Shown here piece by piece: positions 19,933 to 29,150 of a DNA stretch of 64,000 bases. The position numbers were made by a program, and so were the translations under genes. Below the pieces are notes generated by a model. It made no database searches. It saw nothing but the letters and a program-made list of their open reading frames with translations, and was not told where the DNA came from. Source of the DNA: Candidatus Latescibacterota bacterium (lineage in GTDB: Bacteria > Latescibacterota > UBA2968 > UBA8231); assembly GCA_965203355.1 (NCBI GenBank), contig OZ241889.1, positions 1,472,001 through 1,536,000 of the forward strand. The letters run 5' to 3'. Numbering within the stretch: position 1 is the first letter of the stretch; each line of letters opens with the position of its first letter.

Positions 19933-20334
19933 AGAACCAACGAGAGCAAGTACGAACAGAATTTCTATGCCGTAAAAAATGACTAACGTCACCGAGCGAA
20001 ATGTTGCGGGCCAACTGTGTTTCGGCTTGTCCTTATGCTGCCCTGGATTCATGGCAAAGTCGGTCTCGTCCTGCTGGCGGACGCGGTCGTACTCGGCGCG
20101 AAACAATCGCTCCTGCCACAAGAAGTACGCATCCAGCACCCAGAATCCGAAAACGGGCACGAGAAGCGTCAGTGCTAATTGAGGCTGGTCTGGCTGAAGT
20201 CGCACGATCAACAAGGCTCCGGCGATGAGGACGGTCATGCTCCAACCCTTGAGCAGAAAAGCGTTGCTACCCAAGCGATTTACGATGCCCTGAATAAACT
20301 CCAAGTGTTTTACAACACGTTCACCGTTGTTCAT
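19876..20334 (-). CDS. Small membrane protein (3-4 TM), function unknown
   Basis: KHLEFIQGIVNRLGSNAFLLKGWS, FWVLDAYFLWQERLFR; convergent with hsdR and overlapping its end by 57 nt. Confidence 0.75.
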   Translation of the reverse strand: MNNGERVVKHLEFIQGIVNRLGSNAFLLKGWSMTVLIAGALLIVRLQPDQPQLALTLLVPVFGFWVLDAYFLWQERLFRAEYDRVRQQDETDFAMNPGQHKDKPKHSWPATFRSVTLVIFYGIEILFVLALVGSLCFAHPLENLAGQVLMCG

Positions 20335-20402
20335 TGGATGCTACCTCCGTATCGTCTTTTCGGCTCAGTTGCTGTTCCATTCTCTTGGTCAGCGGCAGTA
20401 AA

Positions 20403-20795
20403 TCAGAAATAGAGCAGAATGAGAAGACCCAACGATAGGGTCTTGACGATTATTAAGGCGATGACCCACTTAAACATACGGGACATCTTGGCTTCGATCT
20501 GGTCGAGTCCTTCTGACACATTTTTTTCAAATTCGTCAAAAGACTGCTTCACTTGACCAAGGGCTTGCTCTATATCCTCAAACTGCTCCAACAACTCATC
20601 CAGATCGGAGCTCTCTTGTCCCGTCAGCAAGCGATAGGCATGAGCACCCTTCTTAAACGCCTCTTCGGCAACCGGGTTGTCCGGGTTGCGGTCCGGGTGG
20701 TGCTTGAGGGCGTAGCGGCGAAACGCCGCCTTTATCGTCTCTGTGGTGGCGTCCTCATCTACACCCAAAATGAGGTGGGCTTCTCGTCGTCTCAT
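20403..20795 (-). CDS. Small J-domain (DnaJ-like) protein with coiled coil and C-terminal TM helix
   Basis: ILGV..IKAAFRRYALKHHPDRN (HPD motif); hydrophobic C-terminus. Confidence 0.8.
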   Translation of the reverse strand: MRRREAHLILGVDEDATTETIKAAFRRYALKHHPDRNPDNPVAEEAFKKGAHAYRLLTGQESSDLDELLEQFEDIEQALGQVKQSFDEFEKNVSEGLDQIEAKMSRMFKWVIALIIVKTLSLGLLILLYF

Positions 20796-21200
20796 GCACT
20801 TATCCTCATCTCTCTTGTTTTATCTGCCTCATCTGCGGATTTTCCAATTGCTCTATCTCAAGCTGCACCGCGTCAGATTGCGGTCGCTGGTTTTGCCGAG
20901 ATTGGCCTCGCTGCGGAAAACCTCTTCCATTTCTCTTTGTTCTTCGTTTCCATCGCCTCCAGCGAGTTGGCCAACATTGGCTTCCGAGTGCCGTTCATAG
21001 AGGTCGTTTTGGGCCGGACAAAACGCTCGTCTTTCAAGCGGCAGAGCAGACGATCGCTTGGTCAATAAAAAAACACAGTAACAGCGTTATTTCAAAATAA
21101 AAAGGTACTGGCCCGAACCGCAGCGGCAATCCGTGCCGGTTGTCGCCACCGGGCCTTTTGAACTTATTAACAGGCTACAACCCGAACGAGGAGATACCTT

Positions 21201-21659
21201 ATGAAAAGCTGTATCCGCGCCGCGCTCGCGTGTGCGCTCGCCGTCGCGTCGGTCTTTGCCCAAGAGGCCGTGCCGCTCAAGACCCTGCCCTTTAGCCCGG
21301 CCCGCCAAGTCGGCGACTTTCTCTTCATCAGTGGCCAGATCGCCCGCACGGCCGATGGGGCCGACGTCAAGGAATCGGTCGCGGCCGAGACGCATCAAAT
21401 CATGGAAAACATTGGGCGCATACTCGAAGAGCACGGGTATGCGTATGACGACCTCGTCAGCGCGACCGTCTGGCTCTCGGACATTGAAGATTACCACGAG
21501 ATGAACAAGGCATACGCTTCGTACTTTGAGGAGCAGTTTCCAGCGCGGGCCTGCACGGGCGGAGCGCAGATTGTCTTTGACTTTCGCGTCGAGATCGCCG
21601 CCATCGCCTATAAGGGCACGGATGATGAGGCCGACCCCGACCGGGCCGACGAGGAATAG
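21201..21659 (+). CDS. RidA/YjgF family protein with N-terminal signal peptide
   Basis: PFSPARQVGDFLFISGQ, MNKAYASYF..FPAR, VEIAAIA; leader MKSCIRAALACALAVASVFA. Confidence 0.88.
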   Translation: MKSCIRAALACALAVASVFAQEAVPLKTLPFSPARQVGDFLFISGQIARTADGADVKESVAAETHQIMENIGRILEEHGYAYDDLVSATVWLSDIEDYHEMNKAYASYFEEQFPARACTGGAQIVFDFRVEIAAIAYKGTDDEADPDRADEE

Positions 21660-21662
21660 GCT

Positions 21663-22661
21663 ATGCCGTTGAGCCGTCGTCGCTTCATGCGCGAGGCCGC
21701 GTTAGCCGCTGGCGGTCTCGCCCTCGCCAGAACAGCACGCGCAGAAAAGGACATCCCCATGAGTGCCGATCGCCCGCTCTTTGTCTCCACTTGGCCCTTT
21801 GGCAAAGCCGCCAACGAACAATCGCTGCGGATCGCCCAACAAGGCGGCTCGGTTCTCGACGCGGTCGAGCGCGGCATCCACGTGGCCGAGGCTGACGCCT
21901 CTAACGCATCCGTGGGATTGGGGGGCATACCCAACGCCGAGGGCGTGGTGCAGCTCGACGCCTGCATCATGGATGGCGAGGGGCAACGCGCTGGCAGCGT
22001 CGCCGCTATCGAGGGAATCCTGCATCCGATCTCGGTGGCGCGCCGAGTGATGGACGAGACCAAGCACGTCATGCTCGTCGGCGAAGGGGCGCGGCAGTTT
22101 GCGCTGGAGCAGGGTTTTGCCCGCGTTGATTTGCTCACCGAAGAGAGGCGCGAGGCGTGGGAGGCGTGGCGGGAAAAGCAGGGCGCGGCTGACAATCACG
22201 ACACCATCGCTCTGCTTGGAATCGACGGTGCAGGGCGGATCGCGGGCGGCTGCTCGACTAGCGGCTGGGGGTACAAGCTGCCGGGCCGCGTTGGGGATTC
22301 GCCGATTATTGGCAGCGGCTTGTACGTCGATGGGGGCGTGGGCGCGGCTGGTGCGACGGGCTTGGGCGAGAATGTCATGCGCTACTGCGCCACCTTCCTC
22401 GCGGTCGAGTACATGCGTCAGGGGCTGCACCCGGAGGAAGCCTGCGTCGAGACCATCCGCCGCATCGTCGCGCTCGACCCGCGTCCGGTCGAGGAATTGC
22501 ACCTCAACTTCGTCGCGCTCGACAAGCAGGGCCGCTTTGGCGCGGCCGGCACCAACGAGGGCTTCCAATACGCCGTTACCTATCCCGGGTACAGCGAGGT
22601 GCTCACGGGCGTTGGGGTGGGCACGGGCGAGATCGGCCCCGAGGGGGGCAATCGGCGCTGA
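21663..22661 (+). CDS. N(4)-(beta-N-acetylglucosaminyl)-L-asparaginase (Ntn hydrolase), Tat-exported
   Basis: SRRRFM Tat motif, LDACIMDG, autocleavage HD|TI, STSG..KLPGRVGDSP, ATGLGE. Confidence 0.9.
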   Translation: MPLSRRRFMREAALAAGGLALARTARAEKDIPMSADRPLFVSTWPFGKAANEQSLRIAQQGGSVLDAVERGIHVAEADASNASVGLGGIPNAEGVVQLDACIMDGEGQRAGSVAAIEGILHPISVARRVMDETKHVMLVGEGARQFALEQGFARVDLLTEERREAWEAWREKQGAADNHDTIALLGIDGAGRIAGGCSTSGWGYKLPGRVGDSPIIGSGLYVDGGVGAAGATGLGENVMRYCATFLAVEYMRQGLHPEEACVETIRRIVALDPRPVEELHLNFVALDKQGRFGAAGTNEGFQYAVTYPGYSEVLTGVGVGTGEIGPEGGNRR

Positions 22662-22718
22662 GTGGCGCAGATGCGATTGGCTTCCCATTGCACGCCCCTT
22701 GTGGGCATCCTTGGGCAC

Positions 22719-23621
22719 CTACAGGCTATTGTCTTTATTTTCGCGCACTAGCAAATAGACGACCAAGGCGATTACATTGCCCAAGAAACCGAACAGGCCC
22801 CAAATTGTGGCTCTTTCTCGTTTCTTTTGGGCGTCTAGGGTCATCCACGCCGGGATGGAGAGCCAGAAGAGGATTAGGCCGATTAAGGTCACGAGCGTGA
22901 ATATGTTCATCCACAGTCTGAGCCTTTCCTTTTTCTCCCAATACTGCCCTAGCGACTGAGTTCCAGGCATCAATCGGGGGGGTGCCACGGCGATGGCGAC
23001 TAAGCCGTCTTTGACGCGGGTCATTGCCACGGGCCTAGGGGATGTGACTAGGTGCTTTGGGATTAGGTCTCGGTCTTGGCTGGAAAGGTCTCTACCACCA
23101 ATTACCGCAGGCAATAGGATAGCGGTCCGCTGTATGGGCTGAAGCAGACCTTCGGGCACGGTCTCCAATAGTTCAATTTTCGCCGTCTCTTCTTGCGAGT
23201 AATCGTGCAGGACGCGGACGACGACGACAGCGCGCAAGTGGGGTGGTAGGGCTGCGAGCAGTTGGTGGGCGGCGGCTTCGTCGTCGCGCTTGAGCAAGTG
23301 GTCGTGGGGGCTGCGAGTTGGCGGCTCGGCCATTTGCTCGGCTGGAATGCTCGTGCTTTGGCGGCGCAACTCGTCCATGCACAGGTTGTGGGCTATGGTA
23401 TAGAGCCAAGTTGAAAATTTGCCCCGCGGCTTGAAGCGGTCGGCGTTTTCCAATACGCGCATGTACGTCTCCTGAAACACGTCTTCTGCCAAGGCCGCGT
23501 CCTGCACGATCCGCAAGATAAAATTGAAAAGGGCCTGGCGATGGCGCGTGTAAAGCGGGTCAAACGCCTGCATATCTCCTTGGCGGAGATTGCCCATCAA
23601 TGCTTCGTCGCTCCATCCCAT
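22719..23621 (-). CDS. ECF sigma factor with truncated region 4 fused in frame to a 2-TM C-terminal domain (possible deletion chimera)
   Basis: Region 2 (AEDVFQETY..FSTWLYTIAHNLCMDELRR); region 4 breaks after SQEETAKI; then WMTLDAQKKRERATIWGLFGFLGNVIALVVYLLVR. Confidence 0.65.
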   Translation of the reverse strand: MGWSDEALMGNLRQGDMQAFDPLYTRHRQALFNFILRIVQDAALAEDVFQETYMRVLENADRFKPRGKFSTWLYTIAHNLCMDELRRQSTSIPAEQMAEPPTRSPHDHLLKRDDEAAAHQLLAALPPHLRAVVVVRVLHDYSQEETAKIELLETVPEGLLQPIQRTAILLPAVIGGRDLSSQDRDLIPKHLVTSPRPVAMTRVKDGLVAIAVAPPRLMPGTQSLGQYWEKKERLRLWMNIFTLVTLIGLILFWLSIPAWMTLDAQKKRERATIWGLFGFLGNVIALVVYLLVRENKDNSL

Positions 23622-23852
23622 AGGAGAATCCAGACGAGTCGAGGCTTAAACATCACGTACTTAACTGACGTTGCGCGTCGATATCCGTTTTTGGTAAAAA
23701 TGATGCCATCCTCAACGACGATCGCCTACCGAATGTAGGGGCGTAACGTTTGTTGTTTATACGGATGGGGCCGCTGTTTCGTTCACGGTGGCGGTGCGTT
23801 TGTGGGCTTGCGATCGCTCAAGGGACGAATCTAACGGCTCTGTTCTGCTTGG

Positions 23853-25145
23853 CTAGCGGGCTATCGCTAGCTGCAACGCCTCAACGGCGCGGTCAATGTC
23901 GGTCTCGTCGTTGAAGATGTGCGTGGAGATGCGGATGGCGTTGTAGTTTTCCTTGGGTACGCCCGCGTCTTCCACAAAGGCGTACGTGCCTTGGGCTGGT
24001 TTGAGGAAGATGTCGCGCTTTTTCACGGCCGCGACGACTTCGCTGTGGTTGCCGCTGGTGAGCGAGAAGCTGACGATGCCAGCGGACAACGCGCGCTGGG
24101 GTGGGGTGATCGGGGTGAGTTGGGGGATTTCCGCGAGGTGCTGGCGGGCGTAGGCGCAGAGTTGGCGGCAGCGTGCTTCAATGCGCGGGCGGCCGATGGT
24201 GTTGTGAAAATCCATCGCCACCCCGTGCGCGACAATCTGCGGTACATTGCGGGTGCCAGACGAGGCCGAATAGGTGCTGTAACCGGAATACGTGAACACG
24301 GGCCGGACGCGATCTTGCACTTCCCGGCGGATGTAGAGCAGGCCCGTGCCCTTGGGTGCGAGCATCCACTTGTGGCTGCTGGAGGCATAGGTATCCACGC
24401 CGAGTGCTTTGACGTCGACGTCGATCATGCCCGGGGCTTGCGCTCCGTCGCAGACCAGCAGGATGTCGCGGGGGCGGGTGAGGGCGGCGATGGCGGCGAG
24501 TGGCATTTGCAGCCCGGTGATGGTGTCGATGTGGCTGAAGCTGCACACGCGGGTGCGCGGCGTTAGGTGATCCTCCACTAGTTGCAGGATCTGGGCGGCA
24601 TCGCGCACGGGATTGGGCATTTTGATGTAGCGAACCACGACGCCGCGGGTGTGCGCCAAGTGCTGCCAGCAGACCATGCCGCCGCCGTGCTCGTGATTGG
24701 TCGTCAGCACCTCGTCGCCCGGCTGGAGATCGAGGCCGCTGGCTACGTGATTCATGCCTTCGGTCGTGTTGCGCGTCAGCGCGACTTCTTCCAGTGCGGC
24801 CCCAATGAACTCGGCCCCTTTAGCGCGCACCACTTCCATCTCATGGCCGAGGCCCCCCCAGGTGTTGGCCAGCGGATTGCCCTCCAACTCGGCGAGATAC
24901 GCTGTCAGGGCGTCCGTCACCACGCGGGGCGTCGCGCCAATGCTGCCGCAGTTGAGATGCACGAGCCCCGGGTGCAGGCGAAACTCTCGCCGGACGCGCT
25001 GCCACAGGGCGCGTGCGCTGCTGGCGCCCGCCACGTCTCGATTGAGGGAGCCGAGCCGCTCGGCCAGCCCGGCCGCGGCGTTGGGAAGGAATGGGGTTGC
25101 GGCCGCGGCCGCGGCGATTCCTTTGAAGAATGCTCTGCGTTCCAT
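23853..25145 (-). CDS. Class V PLP aminotransferase (isopenicillin N epimerase / cysteine desulfurase-like), Tat-exported
   Basis: MERRAFF Tat leader, LNCGSIG, NTTEG, DGAQ, SSHKWMLAPKGTG. Confidence 0.9.
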   Translation of the reverse strand: MERRAFFKGIAAAAAATPFLPNAAAGLAERLGSLNRDVAGASSARALWQRVRREFRLHPGLVHLNCGSIGATPRVVTDALTAYLAELEGNPLANTWGGLGHEMEVVRAKGAEFIGAALEEVALTRNTTEGMNHVASGLDLQPGDEVLTTNHEHGGGMVCWQHLAHTRGVVVRYIKMPNPVRDAAQILQLVEDHLTPRTRVCSFSHIDTITGLQMPLAAIAALTRPRDILLVCDGAQAPGMIDVDVKALGVDTYASSSHKWMLAPKGTGLLYIRREVQDRVRPVFTYSGYSTYSASSGTRNVPQIVAHGVAMDFHNTIGRPRIEARCRQLCAYARQHLAEIPQLTPITPPQRALSAGIVSFSLTSGNHSEVVAAVKKRDIFLKPAQGTYAFVEDAGVPKENYNAIRISTHIFNDETDIDRAVEALQLAIAR

Positions 25146-25196
25146 GAATTATCCTGTGCGTTTGTGGGTAGTACTAGCTCAGTCTATACTTTTTGT

Positions 25197-26384
25197 ATGT
25201 CTTGGTGCAAATCCTCTCTGCTCTTGTTGGCAATTGTCGGCTGGGCGGAAGCAACCGAATCAGCGCACGAAGCGCAGGGCGACCGCTCGATGCGCGCTGG
25301 CCATTACGGCCAAGCCGCCAGCCACTACCAGCGCGCCGTTGATCAGGGCGCGAGATCGGCGGTGCTCTACCGCAAGTTGGCCGCGGCCGCGGCGAAAAAC
25401 GAAGCCCTGCCCGCGGCCGTCCGCGCGTACGAGCAGGCCATGGCCCTAGCGCCGAGCCATGCCAAGACGCGGACCGAATTGGCTATTCTGTTTACGCGCC
25501 TCGACCGCTACGACGATGCTTGGGCCTTGCTCAAACAGACCGTACGGGAGCAGCCCGACCACGCCCGAGCGCACCTGGTGCTGGGCTTGCTACACGCTCG
25601 CGAGGGGCGCTATCCAGCCGCGATGGCCGCCTATCAGCGTGCGATTGCGGCCGTGCCTAGCTACGGAGAGGCGTGGTTCAATCTCGGCGAAGCCTATCTC
25701 AAGCAAAACGACTATGCGGCCGCTGAGCAAGCCTTTAGGCGGGCCGTAGCGGCGGACGCGACCTCGGCCCAATTTCGCAATGGTTTGGGGCGCAGCTATT
25801 ATCTCCGGCGCGACTATGCGGTGGCCGCGGCCGAATTTAGCCGCGCCGTGCGGCTGGATTCGCTGTTTGCCCAAGCCCGCTTCAACCTCGGCAATGCGTT
25901 GCTGCGCGCTGGGCAGAAGGAAGCAGGGCGACGCCAGCTCGCGCTGTACAAGCGGCTCGACGACGAAGAAGAGCGAATCGCCATGCTAAAAAACACCTTG
26001 GCGACGCATCCAGACGACGCGGGCGCGTACCACGACTTGGCTGTGGTGTACGGGCAGCGCGGCCAATACCAAGAAGCGCGCATCCGCTACCTCCAGGCTC
26101 TCGACCGCGACCCGACGTTCGCGCCCGCGCACCACAACCTCGGCAACATCCACTTCCGCCGCGGGGAAATGGCGGCGGCCGAGCAGCGATTTCGCCAAGC
26201 ATTGCAAGCCGATTCCACGTATGCCCTCGCGCACTTGGGTTTGGGCAATGTCCAGATGTTGCGCAAGCAGTACGAGCGCGCCATGGCCTCCTTCCGCTGC
26301 GGCCTGAGCTACCTGCCCGACCACCCCAAGCTCCGCCGCAATCTCGCGGTCGCCGAGCAAATCGCCGCGCAGGTGGGCCCATGA
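25197..26384 (+). CDS. Secreted tetratricopeptide repeat protein
   Basis: Repeated TPR units (AWFNLGEAY, ARFNLGNAL, AHHNLGNIH); probable signal peptide from ATG 25197; upstream part of the 600-aa ORF is antisense overlap. Confidence 0.85.
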   Translation: MSWCKSSLLLLAIVGWAEATESAHEAQGDRSMRAGHYGQAASHYQRAVDQGARSAVLYRKLAAAAAKNEALPAAVRAYEQAMALAPSHAKTRTELAILFTRLDRYDDAWALLKQTVREQPDHARAHLVLGLLHAREGRYPAAMAAYQRAIAAVPSYGEAWFNLGEAYLKQNDYAAAEQAFRRAVAADATSAQFRNGLGRSYYLRRDYAVAAAEFSRAVRLDSLFAQARFNLGNALLRAGQKEAGRRQLALYKRLDDEEERIAMLKNTLATHPDDAGAYHDLAVVYGQRGQYQEARIRYLQALDRDPTFAPAHHNLGNIHFRRGEMAAAEQRFRQALQADSTYALAHLGLGNVQMLRKQYERAMASFRCGLSYLPDHPKLRRNLAVAEQIAAQVGP

Positions 26385-28018
26385 TGCCGCGCATTATGGT
26401 GTGGGCCAGCGTTGTGTGCGCCGCGCTCGCGGCCGCCGATCCAACCCCGCAATTTGTCGAGATCACCGAGGAGGCGGGCCTAGATTTTCGCTATGTCAAC
26501 GGGGCCAGCGGCCACAAGTACATGGTGGAAGCCGTCGGCTCGGGCGCGGCTTTTTTCGACAGCGATGGCGATGGGTGGCTCGACCTGTACATTGTCAATG
26601 GTGCGCCCATGCCCGGTTATCGCGGCCCGACTAGTCCCAACGCGCACTATCGCAACCAACGAGATGGGACCTTTGCCAATGTCACAGCCGCGGCTGGCAC
26701 GGGCGACGCGGGCTTTGGCATGGGCGCGGCGGTCGGCGACTACGACAACGATGGCGATGCGGATTTATACTTGACCAACTACGGGCCGAATGTGTTGTAC
26801 CGAAATGAAGGGGTCGGGGTTTTCGCGGACGTCACAACGGCCGCGGCGGTCGGGGATGCAGGGTGGGGTACGCACGCGGCTTTTGTCGATTACGATCGCG
26901 ATGGCGATTTGGATTTATACGCGGCCAATTACATGGAGTTCGACCCGGCTCAAAACGAGGAATGCTTTGCTGGCACGGTGAGGATTTACTGCGGCCCCAA
27001 TACATACCCCGGGCAAGCGGGCGTGTTCTACCGCAACGACGAGGGGAGCCGCTTTGCCGATGTGACGGCACAAGTCGGCCTCGCCGACGATTCGGGCCGC
27101 CAGCTCGCGGCGGTATTTGGCGATTGCGACAACGACGGAGACGCCGATCTGTTCGTCGCCAACGACAAGCGGCCCAACTTTCTCTTCTACAACAACGGCG
27201 ATGGAACGTTTAGCGAAAAAGGCGCTGAGGCCGGCGTGGCGTACAACGAGGAAGGGTTGGCCGAGTCGGCGATGGGGGCCGATTGGGGCGACTACGACAA
27301 CGACGGCTTGCTCGACATTATTGTGGCGACCTTCCAGTGGCTACCCAACACGCTCTACCACAACGATGGCGATGGGTTCTTCACGGATGTCACGTTTGCG
27401 GCCAACTTAGGCGTGTCCAGCGTGCCGTATCTCGGCATGACGTCCGCCTTTTTCGACTACGACAACGACGGGTTCCTCGATGTGTTCGTCAGCAACGGGC
27501 ACCTCGACGAGAACGTGGAAGAATACGACCCGGCTACCACGTATCCACAGCGCAACCAGCTCTTCCGCAACCAAGGCGACGGTTCGTTTGCCGAGGTGAC
27601 CGAGCACAGCGGGCCGGGGATGTTGGTCGAGCGCGTCAGCCACGGCGCGGTGTTCGGCGACTGCGACAACGACGGAGACGTGGATATATTCGTCTCGGAC
27701 TCGGCTGCTCCTCACTGCACCCTGCTGCGCAATGATGGCGGCAATGCCAATCGCTATCTGACGGTTGAGGTCGTTGGCACCGCGAGCAATCGGGATGGCA
27801 TCGGCGCGCGCGTCCGCGCCGTGGCCGGCGATTTGGTGCAAATGCGAGAGATCCGCCGCAGCTATGGCTATATGGGTTCTAACGACGTGCGTCTGACAAT
27901 CGGCTTGGGCGACCGAACGCAAGTCGATACATTGCAAGTCCATTGGCCTAGCGGCGCGATGCAGACGCTGGTGGGGGTGGAGGCTGATCAGCGTATTGTG
28001 ATTCGGGAGGATCGCTGA
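26381..28018 (+). CDS. CRTAC1 / ASPIC-UnbV family protein with FG-GAP (VCBS) repeats
   Basis: Multiple GDYDNDGDxDL repeats, NRDGIGARV, IGLG..VHWPSG. Confidence 0.92.
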   Translation: MMPRIMVWASVVCAALAAADPTPQFVEITEEAGLDFRYVNGASGHKYMVEAVGSGAAFFDSDGDGWLDLYIVNGAPMPGYRGPTSPNAHYRNQRDGTFANVTAAAGTGDAGFGMGAAVGDYDNDGDADLYLTNYGPNVLYRNEGVGVFADVTTAAAVGDAGWGTHAAFVDYDRDGDLDLYAANYMEFDPAQNEECFAGTVRIYCGPNTYPGQAGVFYRNDEGSRFADVTAQVGLADDSGRQLAAVFGDCDNDGDADLFVANDKRPNFLFYNNGDGTFSEKGAEAGVAYNEEGLAESAMGADWGDYDNDGLLDIIVATFQWLPNTLYHNDGDGFFTDVTFAANLGVSSVPYLGMTSAFFDYDNDGFLDVFVSNGHLDENVEEYDPATTYPQRNQLFRNQGDGSFAEVTEHSGPGMLVERVSHGAVFGDCDNDGDVDIFVSDSAAPHCTLLRNDGGNANRYLTVEVVGTASNRDGIGARVRAVAGDLVQMREIRRSYGYMGSNDVRLTIGLGDRTQVDTLQVHWPSGAMQTLVGVEADQRIVIREDR

Positions 28019-28024
28019 GGCGGT

Positions 28025-28053
28025 TTGACGATAGGGAGGTCTTGGGCGATAAT
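28025..28053 (+). promoter_or_regulatory. Putative sigma70 promoter of the three-gene islet
   Basis: TTGACG-17 nt-GATAAT. Confidence 0.5.
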
Positions 28054-28130
28054 TTGAATTGTGGTTGGTCGGCGGTTCAGTTTATCCACTCGACGCTGAT
28101 GTGTGCTATGACTAAAAAAGGAAAAAGGCC

Positions 28131-28427
28131 ATGCACTTTATAGTATCGTGGGATATTAATGCCGAAGGCGAGGAGTGGGATGCGCTCAACGCTCAGTTAA
28201 AAGAGTGCATAGAAGACTATTCTTGGGTGCGCCCACTGAGCACTTTTTACGTCGTTAGGGTATCCGCTCCGCAAGAATGGCAAGAAATCAAGAAAAGCCT
28301 CATAGAAGTAGCTGAGGATTCTTCAATTAGGATACATCTCGTCATTGGTCCTTTAATGTCTGGGGGGCAATACGAAGGCTATCTTCCCCAGGATTTTTGG
28401 CCAGAATTGGAAAAGAGAATAGCCTAA
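28131..28427 (+). CDS. Small hypothetical protein, Cas2/VapD-like ferredoxin-fold candidate
   Basis: 98 aa, starts MHFIVSWDI, has WVRPLSTFYVV; RBS AAGGA; AT-richer than flanks. Confidence 0.65.
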   Translation: MHFIVSWDINAEGEEWDALNAQLKECIEDYSWVRPLSTFYVVRVSAPQEWQEIKKSLIEVAEDSSIRIHLVIGPLMSGGQYEGYLPQDFWPELEKRIA

Positions 28428-28963
28428 TGAGAGAGTCTGGCCAAGACACGGAATCTGCAAAGCACTTCGAGACTGACTTCGACTCGCCTACGCCACTTGC
28501 TAGAACAACCGTGGTAGTCTCCGTGCCGCAGAACCTTAAATGGGTGGACAAGCATATTGAAAGTTCGAAAGCACTTTTTGGCTCTAAAGAAGATGCGCTG
28601 AATAGGCTTTATGACCTACGGATGGAGTGCGCCGAACCTGACTGGGATGGCTATGGTGCCGAGGCCATTAGCCCAATCGCGTTTGAGCGCAGCGAACAGT
28701 TCATCCGTCGGTTGCCGGAGGGCTTGCCGTTACCGGAAATATCCGTGGAGCCGGATGGCGAAATTGCTCTCGACTGGTCTCCGACTCCGACGCAGACATT
28801 TTCTGTAAGTATAGGTACTGGGGCTCGAATGGCTTGTGCTTGGGTTAATGGGACAGAGCACGGACACGTAGTGGTGTCCAGCAATAATGGTGAGATTCCT
28901 CTGCGCATCCTTCAAGAGATTCAATACATAACCAATAATGATTCTGTCTTCAGGACTACCTGA
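28427..28963 (+). CDS. Hypothetical protein with DWDGYGA motif
   Basis: TAATG coupling to previous gene; DWDGYGAEAI, PEISVEPDGEIALDW. Confidence 0.7.
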   Translation: MRESGQDTESAKHFETDFDSPTPLARTTVVVSVPQNLKWVDKHIESSKALFGSKEDALNRLYDLRMECAEPDWDGYGAEAISPIAFERSEQFIRRLPEGLPLPEISVEPDGEIALDWSPTPTQTFSVSIGTGARMACAWVNGTEHGHVVVSSNNGEIPLRILQEIQYITNNDSVFRTT

Positions 28964-29150
28964 AGAAGTTGCCGATGGCGAGCCGCTTGCTCGTTTTCTC
29001 ACTTCTTCTGGGCAATTCAATAGGTCGGCGGTTAAACAAGCTGCTTTTTTGCCAAAGAAACAGCCATATTGCTCGCGCAAAAGGCTGAACTCGTCCTATT
29101 TCCGGCGACCTAAAAAAATCCTATTACCACGTGCAATACCCACTAGCTAG
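28938..29150 (+). pseudogene. Truncated hypothetical protein (third gene of the islet)
   Basis: Overlaps previous gene; LPEEVADGEPLARFL..VKQAAFLP looks like a real N-terminus, then runs into non-coding-like sequence near 29065. Confidence 0.45.

Noticed and set aside
20853-21065. 70-aa ORF upstream of the J-domain gene
   Set aside because: No clear RBS or motif; cannot be supported as a gene.
10750-21190. R-M region as an integrative element with att sites
   Set aside because: No integrase, tRNA or flanking direct repeat found by eye.
24582-25196. N-terminal extension of the TPR ORF
   Set aside because: Antisense to the aminotransferase; signal-peptide-like start lies at 25197.
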